64,000 nucleotides of DNA from Longimicrobiales bacterium (lineage in GTDB: Bacteria; Gemmatimonadota; Gemmatimonadetes; Longimicrobiales; Gaopeijiaceae): contig OZ220732.1 in NCBI GenBank assembly GCA_965116905.1, forward strand, positions 832,001 to 896,000, given 5' to 3'. Positions within the stretch are counted from its first letter, which is position 1; each line of letters begins with the position of its first letter. Position numbers and translations under genes: made by a program. This document shows, in pieces, positions 26,079 to 35,647 of the stretch. The notes under the pieces are model-generated. The model searched no databases. It saw only the letters and a list, made by a program, of their open reading frames with translations, and was not told the origin of the DNA.

Positions 26079-27497
26079 CTAAACGTGCAGCGCCCTCCCC
26101 AGCGCGCCGAGCGCGCCTTCCGCCACCGCCTCCGACAGCGTCGGGTGCGGGTGCATCGCCAGGTCGATCTCCTCGACGGTCGACTCCAGGTGCCGGGCCA
26201 TCACGAACTCGGCGATGAGTTCGGTGGCGTGAGGCCCGACGATATGCGCGCCAACGACCTCCGAGTAGCGCTTGTCGCGGATCACCTTGACGAAGCCGGT
26301 GGCGTCGCCGGCGGCCAGCGCGCGTCCGTTGCCCACCCACGGGAACTTCCCGACCTCGATGTCGAGCCCCTTTTCGCGCGCCTGTTCCTCGGTGAGGCCC
26401 ACCGACGCCACCTCGGGGTGACAGTAGGTGCAGTTGGGGACATTGCCGTAGTCGACGGTGTGGTGTCCGACGCCCGCAATATGCTCCGCCGCGACAACGC
26501 CCTCGTGCATCCCCTTGTGGGCCAGCAGCTGCTCGCCCGCGCAGTCGCCGACCGCCCACACGCCCGAAACGTTGGTCCGCATGGTCTCGTCTACCGCGAC
26601 GAATCCGCCGCGATCGGTCAGCTTTACGCCCGCCGCCTCGGCACCGATGTCTTCCGTATTCGGAATCCGCCCGACCGCGGACAGGACGTAGTCGACATCG
26701 AGCGTGTGCGCCTTTCCGCGCTTGTCCGTGAACGAGATCGTGACCCCGTCCTCCCGCGCTTCCGTGCTCTCGACGCGGGCACTGGTGAAGATGTCCATCT
26801 TCCGCTTCTTGAACGCCTGGGCAACCGCGCGTGAAGCGTCCTTGTCCTCGAGCGGCAGGACCCGATCGAGGGCCTCGATGACCGTCACCTTCGACCCGTA
26901 GGCGTTGTAGATGTCGGCGAACTCCATGCCGACGGCACCCGCGCCCACGATGACGAGCGTCTCTGGAGCCTTGTCCTGAAAAAGGGCACCGGTCGAGGAC
27001 CAGATCCGCTCTTCGTCGATCTGGAGGAACGGAAGGCTCCGCGGCCGCGATCCCGTCGCGATGATGATGTCCTTCGCCGTGATCGAGCGCCTGTCCCCGT
27101 CGTTCTCGACCTCGACCACCCCTCCGCCCGCCAGGCGTCCGTACCCCTCGATGTGCTCGACCTTGTTCTTCTTGAGAAGGAAGCCCACGCCGTTGGAAAG
27201 GCGGTTTGCGACCTGTCGGCTCCGCGCCTGGGCCGGCCCGAGGTCGACCGTGAGCCCCTCGAAGGCGATGCCGTGTCCGTCCGCCTTCTTGAGTTCATTG
27301 ACCATCAGGGCGCTGCTCAACAGCGCCTTGGTCGGGATGCAGCCGACGTTGAGACACACGCCGCCGAGCTTGTCGGCCTCTACGCACGCGGCCTTCAGCC
27401 CCAGCTGGCCCGCGCGGATCGCCGCAACGTAGCCGCCGGGGCCGCCGCCGATGACGATGACGTCGAAGTCGGTCCTGTTCTGTGAATTGCCTGCCAA
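26079..27497 (-). CDS. lpdA: dihydrolipoyl dehydrogenase (E3)
   Basis: GGGPGGY, GGVCLNVGCIPTK, HPHPTLSE. Confidence 0.96.
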   Translation of the reverse strand: MAGNSQNRTDFDVIVIGGGPGGYVAAIRAGQLGLKAACVEADKLGGVCLNVGCIPTKALLSSALMVNELKKADGHGIAFEGLTVDLGPAQARSRQVANRLSNGVGFLLKKNKVEHIEGYGRLAGGGVVEVENDGDRRSITAKDIIIATGSRPRSLPFLQIDEERIWSSTGALFQDKAPETLVIVGAGAVGMEFADIYNAYGSKVTVIEALDRVLPLEDKDASRAVAQAFKKRKMDIFTSARVESTEAREDGVTISFTDKRGKAHTLDVDYVLSAVGRIPNTEDIGAEAAGVKLTDRGGFVAVDETMRTNVSGVWAVGDCAGEQLLAHKGMHEGVVAAEHIAGVGHHTVDYGNVPNCTYCHPEVASVGLTEEQAREKGLDIEVGKFPWVGNGRALAAGDATGFVKVIRDKRYSEVVGAHIVGPHATELIAEFVMARHLESTVEEIDLAMHPHPTLSEAVAEGALGALGRALHV

Positions 27498-27558
27498 GGG
27501 GAACCTCTCTTGAGGGTGTGATTCCGGGGCCGCGCCGGGCAGCCCGTGGAAAGCTAAC

Positions 27559-28926
27559 CTAGCGGCCCTCCGCCAGGTCGGCCCGATGGACTTCGCCGCC
27601 CTTCATCACCCACATCACCCGCTCGAGCGCGGTGATGTCGTCGAGCGGGTTACCGGGAACCGCAATGATGTCGGCGTACTTCCCGGCCTCCAGCGCACCG
27701 ACGTCCGCCTCCCAGCCCATGATCATGGCCGAGACGCTCGTCGCCGAGGTGATCGCGTCCATTTCACTCTCGCCGATCTCGACCCGGATCTGGAATTCTC
27801 GGGCGTTGTGGCCGTGCTCGAAGACGCCCGCGTCGGTGCCGAACCCGATGGTCAGGCCGGCTTCCAGAGCGCGGCGGAAGGTGGCGTTGCGGTAGCGCAT
27901 CATCTCGACAGACCGCTGGATCAGTGGCTCGGGTATGCCGAGGGCCGCCCCGTCGCGCGGGACGATCACGCCCACGTACAGCGTCGGGACGTAGTACGTG
28001 TGGTCGCTCTCCTGCAACATCGCGATCGCCTCGTCGTCGAGCATCGAGCCGTGGTCGACCGTGCGGACGCCGGCGCGGATCGCCGCCTTGATCCCCTCGG
28101 TGCCGTGCGCGTGCGCGGCGGTGAAGCGGCCCCAGCGGTTCGTCTCCTCGACGGCCACCACCAACTCCTCGTCCGAGTACTGCTGCGCCCCGGGAGGCAG
28201 CCCCTGCGACAGCACCGCGCCCGTGGCCAGGATCTTGGTGAAGTCGGCGCCGTTCTTGTGGTTGGTGCGGACGGCCGCCCTCACCGCGTCCACCCCGTCG
28301 GCGAGGTTCTGCACGGTGGGCACGTCCACGTAGATCGAGAACTGGCGCGCGTCGCCGGCGCCTCCCGTGGCAGAGACGTAGTTGCCGGCCACCTGCATGC
28401 GCGGTCCGGGAACCACGCCCGCGTTGATGGCGTCCCGAAGGTCCACGTCGGTGTAGGACCAGGTGGGGCCCATGTCGCGCACCGTGGTGAAGCCGGCGCG
28501 CAGGGTGGTGAGCGCGTTCGCCGCACCGTAGAGCGCCGCCTGGGCCGGGGTGGTCGTGATCAGGACCTCTTCCCAGTGCGTGCCGACCTTGTCGGTAAGG
28601 TGCGTGTGCAGGTCGATCAGGCCGGGAAGGATGGTGGCGTCGCCCAGGTCGACGACGATGTCGCCCGACAAGGTGCTCCCCTCGGAGCCCACCGCGACAA
28701 TCCGGTCGCCTGCGACGACGACCGCGCCGGGCTCGACGAGGTTGCCCCTCCCGTCGATCAGGCGGTCCGCGCGGATCAGGGTGTGATCCTGCGCCTGGGC
28801 GGACGCGGCGGCCGGCTGCGCCACGGTTGCCGCCGCCAGTAGGAGGACAGCCACGGCGAAGCCGCGGAGCGCCCGCACACGTAAAGCCCGCGCGAGCAAA
28901 CGGTGACTGGGCCGACGAGGACTCAT
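27559..28926 (-). CDS. secreted amidohydrolase (Xaa-Pro dipeptidase-like)
   Basis: Signal peptide; PGLIDLHTH, AGFTTVRD, AHAHG, DHG, FGTDAG, GKYADIIAV. Confidence 0.88.
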   Translation of the reverse strand: MSPRRPSHRLLARALRVRALRGFAVAVLLLAAATVAQPAAASAQAQDHTLIRADRLIDGRGNLVEPGAVVVAGDRIVAVGSEGSTLSGDIVVDLGDATILPGLIDLHTHLTDKVGTHWEEVLITTTPAQAALYGAANALTTLRAGFTTVRDMGPTWSYTDVDLRDAINAGVVPGPRMQVAGNYVSATGGAGDARQFSIYVDVPTVQNLADGVDAVRAAVRTNHKNGADFTKILATGAVLSQGLPPGAQQYSDEELVVAVEETNRWGRFTAAHAHGTEGIKAAIRAGVRTVDHGSMLDDEAIAMLQESDHTYYVPTLYVGVIVPRDGAALGIPEPLIQRSVEMMRYRNATFRRALEAGLTIGFGTDAGVFEHGHNAREFQIRVEIGESEMDAITSATSVSAMIMGWEADVGALEAGKYADIIAVPGNPLDDITALERVMWVMKGGEVHRADLAEGR

Positions 28927-28933
28927 GGTTTCC

Positions 28934-30220
28934 CTAAATGAGGATCGCCGCGGGCTCCTCGAGGAAGGACTTCAGCGTGGCCAGGAAGCGGGCTCCCTGG
29001 GCACCGTCGATCACCCGGTGGTCGCAGCTCATCGTGATTCGCATTCGCGGCTGCACGACCACCTGGCCGTCCTCCACCACGGGCCGGTCCTCGACCGCGC
29101 CCACCGCGATGATCCCCGCCTCGGGCGGGTTGATGACCGCCGTGAACTCCTCGATCCCGAACATCCCCAGGTTGGAGATGGAGAAGGTGGACCCGGTGTA
29201 TTCGTGCGGCTGCAGCTTCTTCTCCCGCGCGCGCCCCGCGAGTTCGCGGATTTCGGTGCTGATCCGGCCCAGTCCCTTGGCGTGGGCGTCCCGCACGACC
29301 GGAGTGATCAGGCCGTCCGGAACGGCCACCGCGACGCCCATGTGAACCCGGTTGAAGCGGCGGATGGAATCGCCCTGCCACCACGCGTTGCAGTCCGGAT
29401 GGTGGGTAAGGGCGACAGCGGCCGCCTTGATGACCATGTCGTTGAGCGACGCCTTCGCGCCCTGCGCGGCCAGCAGCTCGTTCACTCTGGCGCGCGCCTG
29501 CAGTGCGCGGGTCATGTCGATGTCCACCGTCAGGAAGAAGTGGGGCACGGGCCCGAGCGATTCCGCGAGACGGCGCGCGACCGTCTTTCTCATCTGGGTC
29601 AGCGGCACGTCCACGAACTCCGTGTCCGGAAGCTCCGGTGTGACCACGGGCGCGACGGCGGGCACGGGCGCCGCGGCCGCCGCCTCGACATCGCGCTTGA
29701 TCACGCGACCGTTGGGACCCGACCCCTGCAGCGCGGCGATGTCCACGCCCAACTCGCCGGCGAGCCTGCGCGCGACCGGCGAGGCCTTGATCCGGCCCGT
29801 GGTGGCCGCCGGGGTCGCGGTGGCTTCCGCCGCGGGCTGGGTCGGGGCTGGGGGTGGCGCCACGGCCGGGGTCGTTGTCTCGGCCCGGGCCGGCGCGTCT
29901 TCGGGCGCCGTCGCCGCGGCGGCCTCCGCCGCTGCCGGCTCCGCGCTCCCCGCCGACGCCACCAGCGCGGCGATGTCCTCGTTCTCCGCCCCGATGACCG
30001 CGATCACGTCGCCGACGGGCGCCGTCGCGCCTTCACCCACGAAGACCTTCCTCAGCACGCCCTCGCCACGCGCCACCAGTTCCATCGTGGCCTTGTCGGT
30101 CTCGATCTCGGCCAGGATGTCACCCTGCGCGACCGCGTCGCCCTCGCCCTTCAGCCACTTGACGACCTGCCCCTCTTCCATCGTGGGCGAGAGCGCCTCC
30201 ATGTGGACCTTGGTTGCCAT
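28934..30220 (-). CDS. pdhC: pyruvate dehydrogenase E2, dihydrolipoamide acetyltransferase
   Basis: Lipoyl domain ETDKA, KASPVARRLA, SNLGMFG, DHRVIDG. Confidence 0.95.
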   Translation of the reverse strand: MATKVHMEALSPTMEEGQVVKWLKGEGDAVAQGDILAEIETDKATMELVARGEGVLRKVFVGEGATAPVGDVIAVIGAENEDIAALVASAGSAEPAAAEAAAATAPEDAPARAETTTPAVAPPPAPTQPAAEATATPAATTGRIKASPVARRLAGELGVDIAALQGSGPNGRVIKRDVEAAAAAPVPAVAPVVTPELPDTEFVDVPLTQMRKTVARRLAESLGPVPHFFLTVDIDMTRALQARARVNELLAAQGAKASLNDMVIKAAAVALTHHPDCNAWWQGDSIRRFNRVHMGVAVAVPDGLITPVVRDAHAKGLGRISTEIRELAGRAREKKLQPHEYTGSTFSISNLGMFGIEEFTAVINPPEAGIIAVGAVEDRPVVEDGQVVVQPRMRITMSCDHRVIDGAQGARFLATLKSFLEEPAAILI

Positions 30221-30233
30221 TGCTTCGCTTCTC

Positions 30234-31211
30234 TCAGAGGTAAAGCACGCGCTTGCACGCATCCACGACGGCCCGGGCGCTCGGCTTGGCGAGCTGCTCC
30301 AGGTTCTTGGCGTACGGCATCGGCACGTCCGCCTGGGTCACGCGAACCACGGGCGCGTCGAGCTCGTCGAAGGCCTCGTCCTGAATCAGGGCCACGATCT
30401 GCGCACCCACGCCGGCAAAGGGCCACCCCTCTTCGAGGTAGACCACCCTGTTCGTGCGCGCCACGCTCTCGAGGATGGCGTCCACGTCCAGCGGCCGGAG
30501 CGAGCGCAGGTCCAGAACATCGGCCTCGATCTCCTCACGGGCCAGCGCGGTCGCGGCCTGCAGCGCCACATGCACCATCTTGCCGTGCGTCACAATGCTC
30601 ACATCGTCGCCCGAGCGCTTCCGGTCGGCCACGCCCAGGGGAATCACGTATTCATCGTCGGGCACCTCGCCCCGCACGTTGTAGAGCAGCTCGCCCTCCA
30701 TCACGGCGACCGGATCGTCGTCACGGATCGCGGCCGCGAGCAGCCCCTTGGCGTCGGCGGGAGTGGCCGGGGTCACCAGCTTCACTCCGGGCGCGTGCAC
30801 ATAGTAGGTCTCGCAAGCCTGTGAGTGCTGGGCCGAGAGCTGAAGAGCCGCCCCGGTCGGCCCCCGGAAGACGATCGGCACGGGCACCTGGCCGTTCGTC
30901 ATGTACAGCATCTTCGCCGCGCTGTTGATCACCTGGTCGAGCGCGAGGATCGAGAAGTTGAAGGTCATGAATTCACAGATCGGGCGCAGGCCGGCCATCG
31001 CCGCGCCCACGCACAGCCCGGCGAAGCCCAGCTCGCTGATCGGGGAATCCACGACGCGCCGGTCGCCGTAGCGTTCCAGCATGCCTCGCGAGACCTTGTA
31101 GGCGCCGTCGTATTCCGCCACTTCCTCGCCCATGAGAAAGACCGAGTCGTCCCGGTCCATCTCCTGGCACATCGCGGCGTTGAGGGCCTCCCGGTAGGTG
31201 AGCTCAGCCAT
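30234..31211 (-). CDS. pdhB: pyruvate dehydrogenase E1 beta subunit
   Basis: TYREAL, GEEVAEYDGAYKVS, DSPISE, EFMTFNF, AQHSQ. Confidence 0.95.
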   Translation of the reverse strand: MAELTYREALNAAMCQEMDRDDSVFLMGEEVAEYDGAYKVSRGMLERYGDRRVVDSPISELGFAGLCVGAAMAGLRPICEFMTFNFSILALDQVINSAAKMLYMTNGQVPVPIVFRGPTGAALQLSAQHSQACETYYVHAPGVKLVTPATPADAKGLLAAAIRDDDPVAVMEGELLYNVRGEVPDDEYVIPLGVADRKRSGDDVSIVTHGKMVHVALQAATALAREEIEADVLDLRSLRPLDVDAILESVARTNRVVYLEEGWPFAGVGAQIVALIQDEAFDELDAPVVRVTQADVPMPYAKNLEQLAKPSARAVVDACKRVLYL

Positions 31212-32298
31212 GCGCGCCTCCGGACCCGTGCTCCCGCCCGTCCAGGAACAGGCGGCCGTACTCGTTGATCTCGGCGTACACGTGGTCGTACAGCGTCGAC
31301 GGGTCCGGCAGCGGCGACGCGTCCGCAAAGTCGGCGGCCTCGTCGCTCAGGGCCCGCGCCTCCGCGTCCAGCGCCTCCAGCTCCTCCTGGGTCAGGAATC
31401 CCGCGTCCATCAGACGGTCTTTCAGGATCTTGATCGGATCCTGCTCCTCGACGTGCGATTCGACCTCTTCCTTCGACCGGTACGTCCCCGAGACCGGATC
31501 CGACATGGAATGGCCCCGGAAACGGTAGGTCAAGGCGTTCACGAATTGCGGGCCTGCCCCCGCGCGGACCCGCTCCGCCAGCTCCCCGAAGAAGCGGTGG
31601 GTCTCGACGACGTCCTGGCCGTTAACGGTGTGCGCCGGAATCCCGTACGCGCCCGACCGGGCCTCCATCTCGGTGGCCGAGACGCGCGAAAAGGCCGTCC
31701 CCATCCCGTAGCCGTTGTTTTCGACGACGTAGATGACCGGCAGGTGCCAGATCGCGGACATGTTCAGCGCTTCGAGGAACGCGCCCTGATTCACCGCGGC
31801 ATCGCCCATGAAGCAGACGCAGATCTGGTCGCCGCCGCGGTACTTGATGGCCCACGCCAGCCCCGCGCCCAGCGGAATCTGTCCCCCGACGATGCCGTGG
31901 CCTCCCCAAAAGCCGAGCGTGGTGTCGAAGAGGTGCATGGAGCCGCCCCGGCCGCCCGAGCAGCCGCCCACCCGCCCATACAGCTCGGCCATCACCGCGC
32001 CGGGGCTGATCCCCTTCGCGATGGCCTGCGTGTGTTCGCGGTACGCCGTGATGACCAGGTCGTCGTCGCGGAGCGGCTTGATCGAACCCGCCGCGAGCGC
32101 CTCCTGCCCGATGTGCAGGTGGCAGAAGCCGCCGATCTTGCCGATCGCATAGGCCTCTTCCGCCTTCTCCTCGAAGCGGCGGTAGAGGAGCATGTCGGCG
32201 AGGAGTGCGTGGAGTTCCTGGCGCGTAAATCCCTCGAGTCCCGTGGACGCGGCAGCGTCGGCCGTGCGCGCCGTGACTGTTTCCGTCCCCTGCGCCAT
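31204..32298 (-). CDS. pdhA: pyruvate dehydrogenase E1 alpha subunit
   Basis: GFCHLHIGQE, GGSMH, GDAAVNQG..ENN, TYRFRGHSMSDP. Confidence 0.95.
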   Translation of the reverse strand: MAQGTETVTARTADAAASTGLEGFTRQELHALLADMLLYRRFEEKAEEAYAIGKIGGFCHLHIGQEALAAGSIKPLRDDDLVITAYREHTQAIAKGISPGAVMAELYGRVGGCSGGRGGSMHLFDTTLGFWGGHGIVGGQIPLGAGLAWAIKYRGGDQICVCFMGDAAVNQGAFLEALNMSAIWHLPVIYVVENNGYGMGTAFSRVSATEMEARSGAYGIPAHTVNGQDVVETHRFFGELAERVRAGAGPQFVNALTYRFRGHSMSDPVSGTYRSKEEVESHVEEQDPIKILKDRLMDAGFLTQEELEALDAEARALSDEAADFADASPLPDPSTLYDHVYAEINEYGRLFLDGREHGSGGAHG

Positions 32299-32302
32299 GG
32301 CG

Positions 32303-33454
32303 TCAGCTCCCCGTCCCCGCGGCCGTCCCCAAAGCCGTCCCGGTGGCCGTCCCCACCGCCCGCCCTGGCCGTCGAGCGGTGCGAAGCTGGACCAGCGGCT
32401 GGACCAGGGGCAATGTCTCGGCGGGCGCCGGAATATCGGCTTCCATGACGTCGCGGATGTTGCCCGGCCCGCCCGCTTCGACCTCGCGCGCCTGCTCCTT
32501 GGCGTGATAGCTGGAGCGCACCAGCGGTCCGGACTCGACGTGGCGGAACCCGAACTCGCCCTCGCCGATCCGCTTCCAGTCGCGGAATTCCTCCGGGGTG
32601 ACCCAGCGGGCCACCGGAATGTGCTGCCGCGACGGTCTCAGGTACTGCCCGAGCGTCAGGATGTCGACCGCCGCCTCGCGCAGGTCCGCCATCGCCTGCC
32701 TGATTTCGTCCTCACCCTCGCCCATGCCCAGGATGATCCCCGTCTTGGTCAGCATCGAGGCGTCGATCCGCTTCGCCAGCCCGAGGTAGGAGATCGAACG
32801 CCAGTAGCGGCCCCCGGGGCGCACCTCCGGATGCAGGCGCTCGACCGTCTCCAGGTTGTGGCCCAGAATCGCGGGCCGCGCATCCATCACGGCCCGGAGC
32901 GCATCCTCGTCGCCCTTGAAGTCGGGGATCAGCACCTCGACCGAGCAGGCCGGCAGCCGGTCGCGCACCTCACGGATCGTCGCCGCGTAGATGCTCGCGC
33001 CGCCGTCGGACAGTTCGTCCCGGTTGACCGAGGTGATGACGACGTGGTCCAGGTCCATCGCGACGATGGTGTCGGCGACGCGGCGGGGCTCGTCCAGGTC
33101 CAGTTCGGTAGGCATCCCGTGCGCGACCGCGCAGTACTTGCACGCCCGGGTGCAGACGTCCCCGAGGATCATGAACGTCGCCGTGCCCGCCTCCCAGCAC
33201 TCGCCGATGTTCGGGCAGCCCGCCTCTTCGCAGACGGTGTGCAGGGACTGGCTGCGCATGAGCTGCTTGAGGCGCAGGTAGTTGGGCCCGCCTGGAGACC
33301 GCACCTTCAGCCACGACGGCTTGCGCGACGTGATGGGGATGGTGTCGATCCCGCAATGGGCCCGGATCCGGGACGTGCCCTTCGGCTTGACCGTACCGGT
33401 GTCCTTCCCCGCGGGCGCGTACCCGCCCCGTGAATCTGCCTGCAACCCAGACAT
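32303..33454 (-). CDS. lipA: lipoyl synthase
   Basis: CEEAGCPNIGEC, CTRACKYC, VRSSYHA. Confidence 0.95.
   Translation of the reverse strand: MSGLQADSRGGYAPAGKDTGTVKPKGTSRIRAHCGIDTIPITSRKPSWLKVRSPGGPNYLRLKQLMRSQSLHTVCEEAGCPNIGECWEAGTATFMILGDVCTRACKYCAVAHGMPTELDLDEPRRVADTIVAMDLDHVVITSVNRDELSDGGASIYAATIREVRDRLPACSVEVLIPDFKGDEDALRAVMDARPAILGHNLETVERLHPEVRPGGRYWRSISYLGLAKRIDASMLTKTGIILGMGEGEDEIRQAMADLREAAVDILTLGQYLRPSRQHIPVARWVTPEEFRDWKRIGEGEFGFRHVESGPLVRSSYHAKEQAREVEAGGPGNIRDVMEADIPAPAETLPLVQPLVQLRTARRPGRAVGTATGTALGTAAGTGS
32311..32358. repeat. 12-bp degenerate tandem repeat x4 (CCGTCCC-N5) at the lipA C-terminus
   Basis: Units at 32311, 32323, 32335, 32347; encodes AVGT ATGT ALGT AAGT; a similar unit at 32283 in the pdhA start. 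Confidence 0.8.
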
Positions 33455-33557
33455 TTGTCAGCGAATCTCCGATTTCCAAGGGCCGTGAATCATAAGAAAG
33501 TCCCACTTTTCGCACCATGACCGGCCCGACGGCCCGCCGCGCGGCAAGCGCGAGCCG

Positions 33558-34784
33558 CTAGCGAAGCAGGTACGCCACGCCCAGCCCCAGATACGTGCCA
33601 ACAGCATACCCGAAAAGGCCCATGACCACCCCCGGAAGGACGAGGTGCCGCCATTCCCGCGATATGGCCACGGCCAGCGCGCTCGAAGGACCGCCGACAG
33701 CGGCCTGCGAGGCGACCGAGATGGTCCCGACGTCAAGCCGCAGGAGCTTTCCGCCGCTGAAGACGATGACACCGTGGACGGCGACGACGATCAGGGTGAA
33801 CACGAAGACCTCCGCGCCCACGGCGACGATCTCCGAGACCCGGGACAGGATGCCGATCAGCACAAAGAAGAAGTGCAGCCCGACAGACCCGAGTTGCATC
33901 GCGCCCCGGGCGTCCCGGCAAAGCGGTGAGTGCCCCAGAACCAGGGCCAGCGTGGTCAGCCAGAGGATCGACGGGATCCCCGGGACCACCTGGCCGAGCC
34001 ACTCCGAGAGAAAGACGAGGATCATCCCCGCTGCGACGAGACCCGCGATGCTCAGGGCCGACGATCCTTCGCGGACGAAATAGGGATGATGCCGGCGGCG
34101 TTCCGAGGCGTCGGCCGGGGCGTCGGCCGCCGGGGCGTTGCCCGCGGGAGCGTCGCCTGCGGTAGCGCCGCCTGCCTCGCCGGTCCTCCCGTTGCCCGCG
34201 CCGGACCCGTTCGCCCGGTCCTGGCCCTCCTCGGACACCGGGGCGTAGAAGCGGCCGAGCCACACCGGAAGCATGAGCGTGGCGGCCAGCCACAGAGCGG
34301 TCATCACGGCGTCGGCCGCGTTCAGTCCCGCGAACAGGGTGCCGGTCAGCCCCACCTCCCGGCCGACCGACACGAAATTCAGCGAGCCGCCCGAATACGT
34401 GCCGGTCAGGGCGCCTGCGATGCGCCAGGTGTCGTCGCCGAAATGCGAGCCGTAGACCGCCGCCGCCAGGAGAGCGCCCGCCATCGTTCCGAGCACTGCA
34501 ACCGCGAACGCGCCCACCATGCGCGGGCCCGCCTTGGCCAGGTCGCGCAGGTCGACCGACAGCAGCAGCAACGCGATCGACACCGACGTGACGGGGCCGA
34601 TCACCGCGTCGTAGACGGGCGACGAGACGGGCACGAGGCCGGCATTGGACAGGATCGCGCCGAAGATGATCGCCAACATGGACGCGCCGACCTTCGCGAG
34701 CGTCCGAAAACGGTAGTCGAGCCAGAATGCGAGCGCGGTGGCCGCCGCGATGACCGTGGCGAGCGCCAGGGGAGACTGGATCAT
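33558..34784 (-). CDS. DUF819 family membrane protein
   Basis: GTYSGGSLNF, ASQAAVGGPSSA, GYAVGTYLG; about 11 TM segments. Confidence 0.85.
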   Translation of the reverse strand: MIQSPLALATVIAAATALAFWLDYRFRTLAKVGASMLAIIFGAILSNAGLVPVSSPVYDAVIGPVTSVSIALLLLSVDLRDLAKAGPRMVGAFAVAVLGTMAGALLAAAVYGSHFGDDTWRIAGALTGTYSGGSLNFVSVGREVGLTGTLFAGLNAADAVMTALWLAATLMLPVWLGRFYAPVSEEGQDRANGSGAGNGRTGEAGGATAGDAPAGNAPAADAPADASERRRHHPYFVREGSSALSIAGLVAAGMILVFLSEWLGQVVPGIPSILWLTTLALVLGHSPLCRDARGAMQLGSVGLHFFFVLIGILSRVSEIVAVGAEVFVFTLIVVAVHGVIVFSGGKLLRLDVGTISVASQAAVGGPSSALAVAISREWRHLVLPGVVMGLFGYAVGTYLGLGVAYLLR

Positions 34785-34798
34785 GGCTGTTCCCCCCT

Positions 34799-35647
34799 CT
34801 ACCGCGAGCCCGCCAGGTAGGCCATGGCCTCGGCCCGCAGCTGCGGCAGCAGGCTGGCATGGCCGTTCTCACCGGTGCCGTATTCCTCCAGGTCCACGGT
34901 GATCTCGTCTTCGTAGACGTCCACGAGGGTCTGGTAGTACGCCACCGCCCTCGGGTCGTCTCCCATCAGCAGCGCGGCCTCGGCGGCCGCCGCGAGGCAC
35001 AGCAGGTGGGTGGGCCGAAACGCGAGTCCCGCCTCGGCCACCGCCAGCGCCGCCGGACCGTCTCCCGCCACCGCGTGGAGGAGCGAGAGGTGGAAGCGGT
35101 CGTCCAGGCTCAGGGCCGCAATGAGGTCGTAGGAAGCGATGGCCATCGGGAGAAACAGGTCCGCCTCGGCCTGGTTGTCGGCTTCGACCGCGCCCATGAC
35201 GCGGTTGAAGAGGCGGTTCGCCGCCTGCCGGGGCGTCATGGAACCCAGGTCGACGGCCGACGTTGGCCCGAGCGCCCCAGGCTGGGCTGCTGGAGGGGGA
35301 GACAGTGTGAGGTCGCGCCCGTCGTCGCGCACAACTAATATCAATATAACAGTGAGCGCAAGGGCCCCGGTCACCGCCCAGGGGATCCACGCCGTCCGGG
35401 GCCCGGCACCCGCTCCCTCGGCACCCGCTCCCCCGGCGACCGTCCTCGCGGCCCGCGATCCCGCTCCCGGTCTGCCCAGAGGCACGCCGCACCGCGTGCA
35501 AAAGAGATCTCCAGGCTCCGACCCGGCCCCACAGTCAGGGCACGGCGGGCCCCGCAGGGCACCGCCGCACTGCGAGCAGAAATTGGCTCCCGCCGCATTC
35601 CCCCGGTAGTTGCAACTCGGGCACGCAATACTCCCCGCCTCGCTCAT
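34799..35647 (-). CDS. double zinc ribbon membrane protein with helical C-terminal domain
   Basis: CPSC..CSQC..CPDC..CTRC then a single TM segment; ATG overlaps M14 stop. Confidence 0.8.
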   Translation of the reverse strand: MSEAGSIACPSCNYRGNAAGANFCSQCGGALRGPPCPDCGAGSEPGDLFCTRCGVPLGRPGAGSRAARTVAGGAGAEGAGAGPRTAWIPWAVTGALALTVILILVVRDDGRDLTLSPPPAAQPGALGPTSAVDLGSMTPRQAANRLFNRVMGAVEADNQAEADLFLPMAIASYDLIAALSLDDRFHLSLLHAVAGDGPAALAVAEAGLAFRPTHLLCLAAAAEAALLMGDDPRAVAYYQTLVDVYEDEITVDLEEYGTGENGHASLLPQLRAEAMAYLAGSR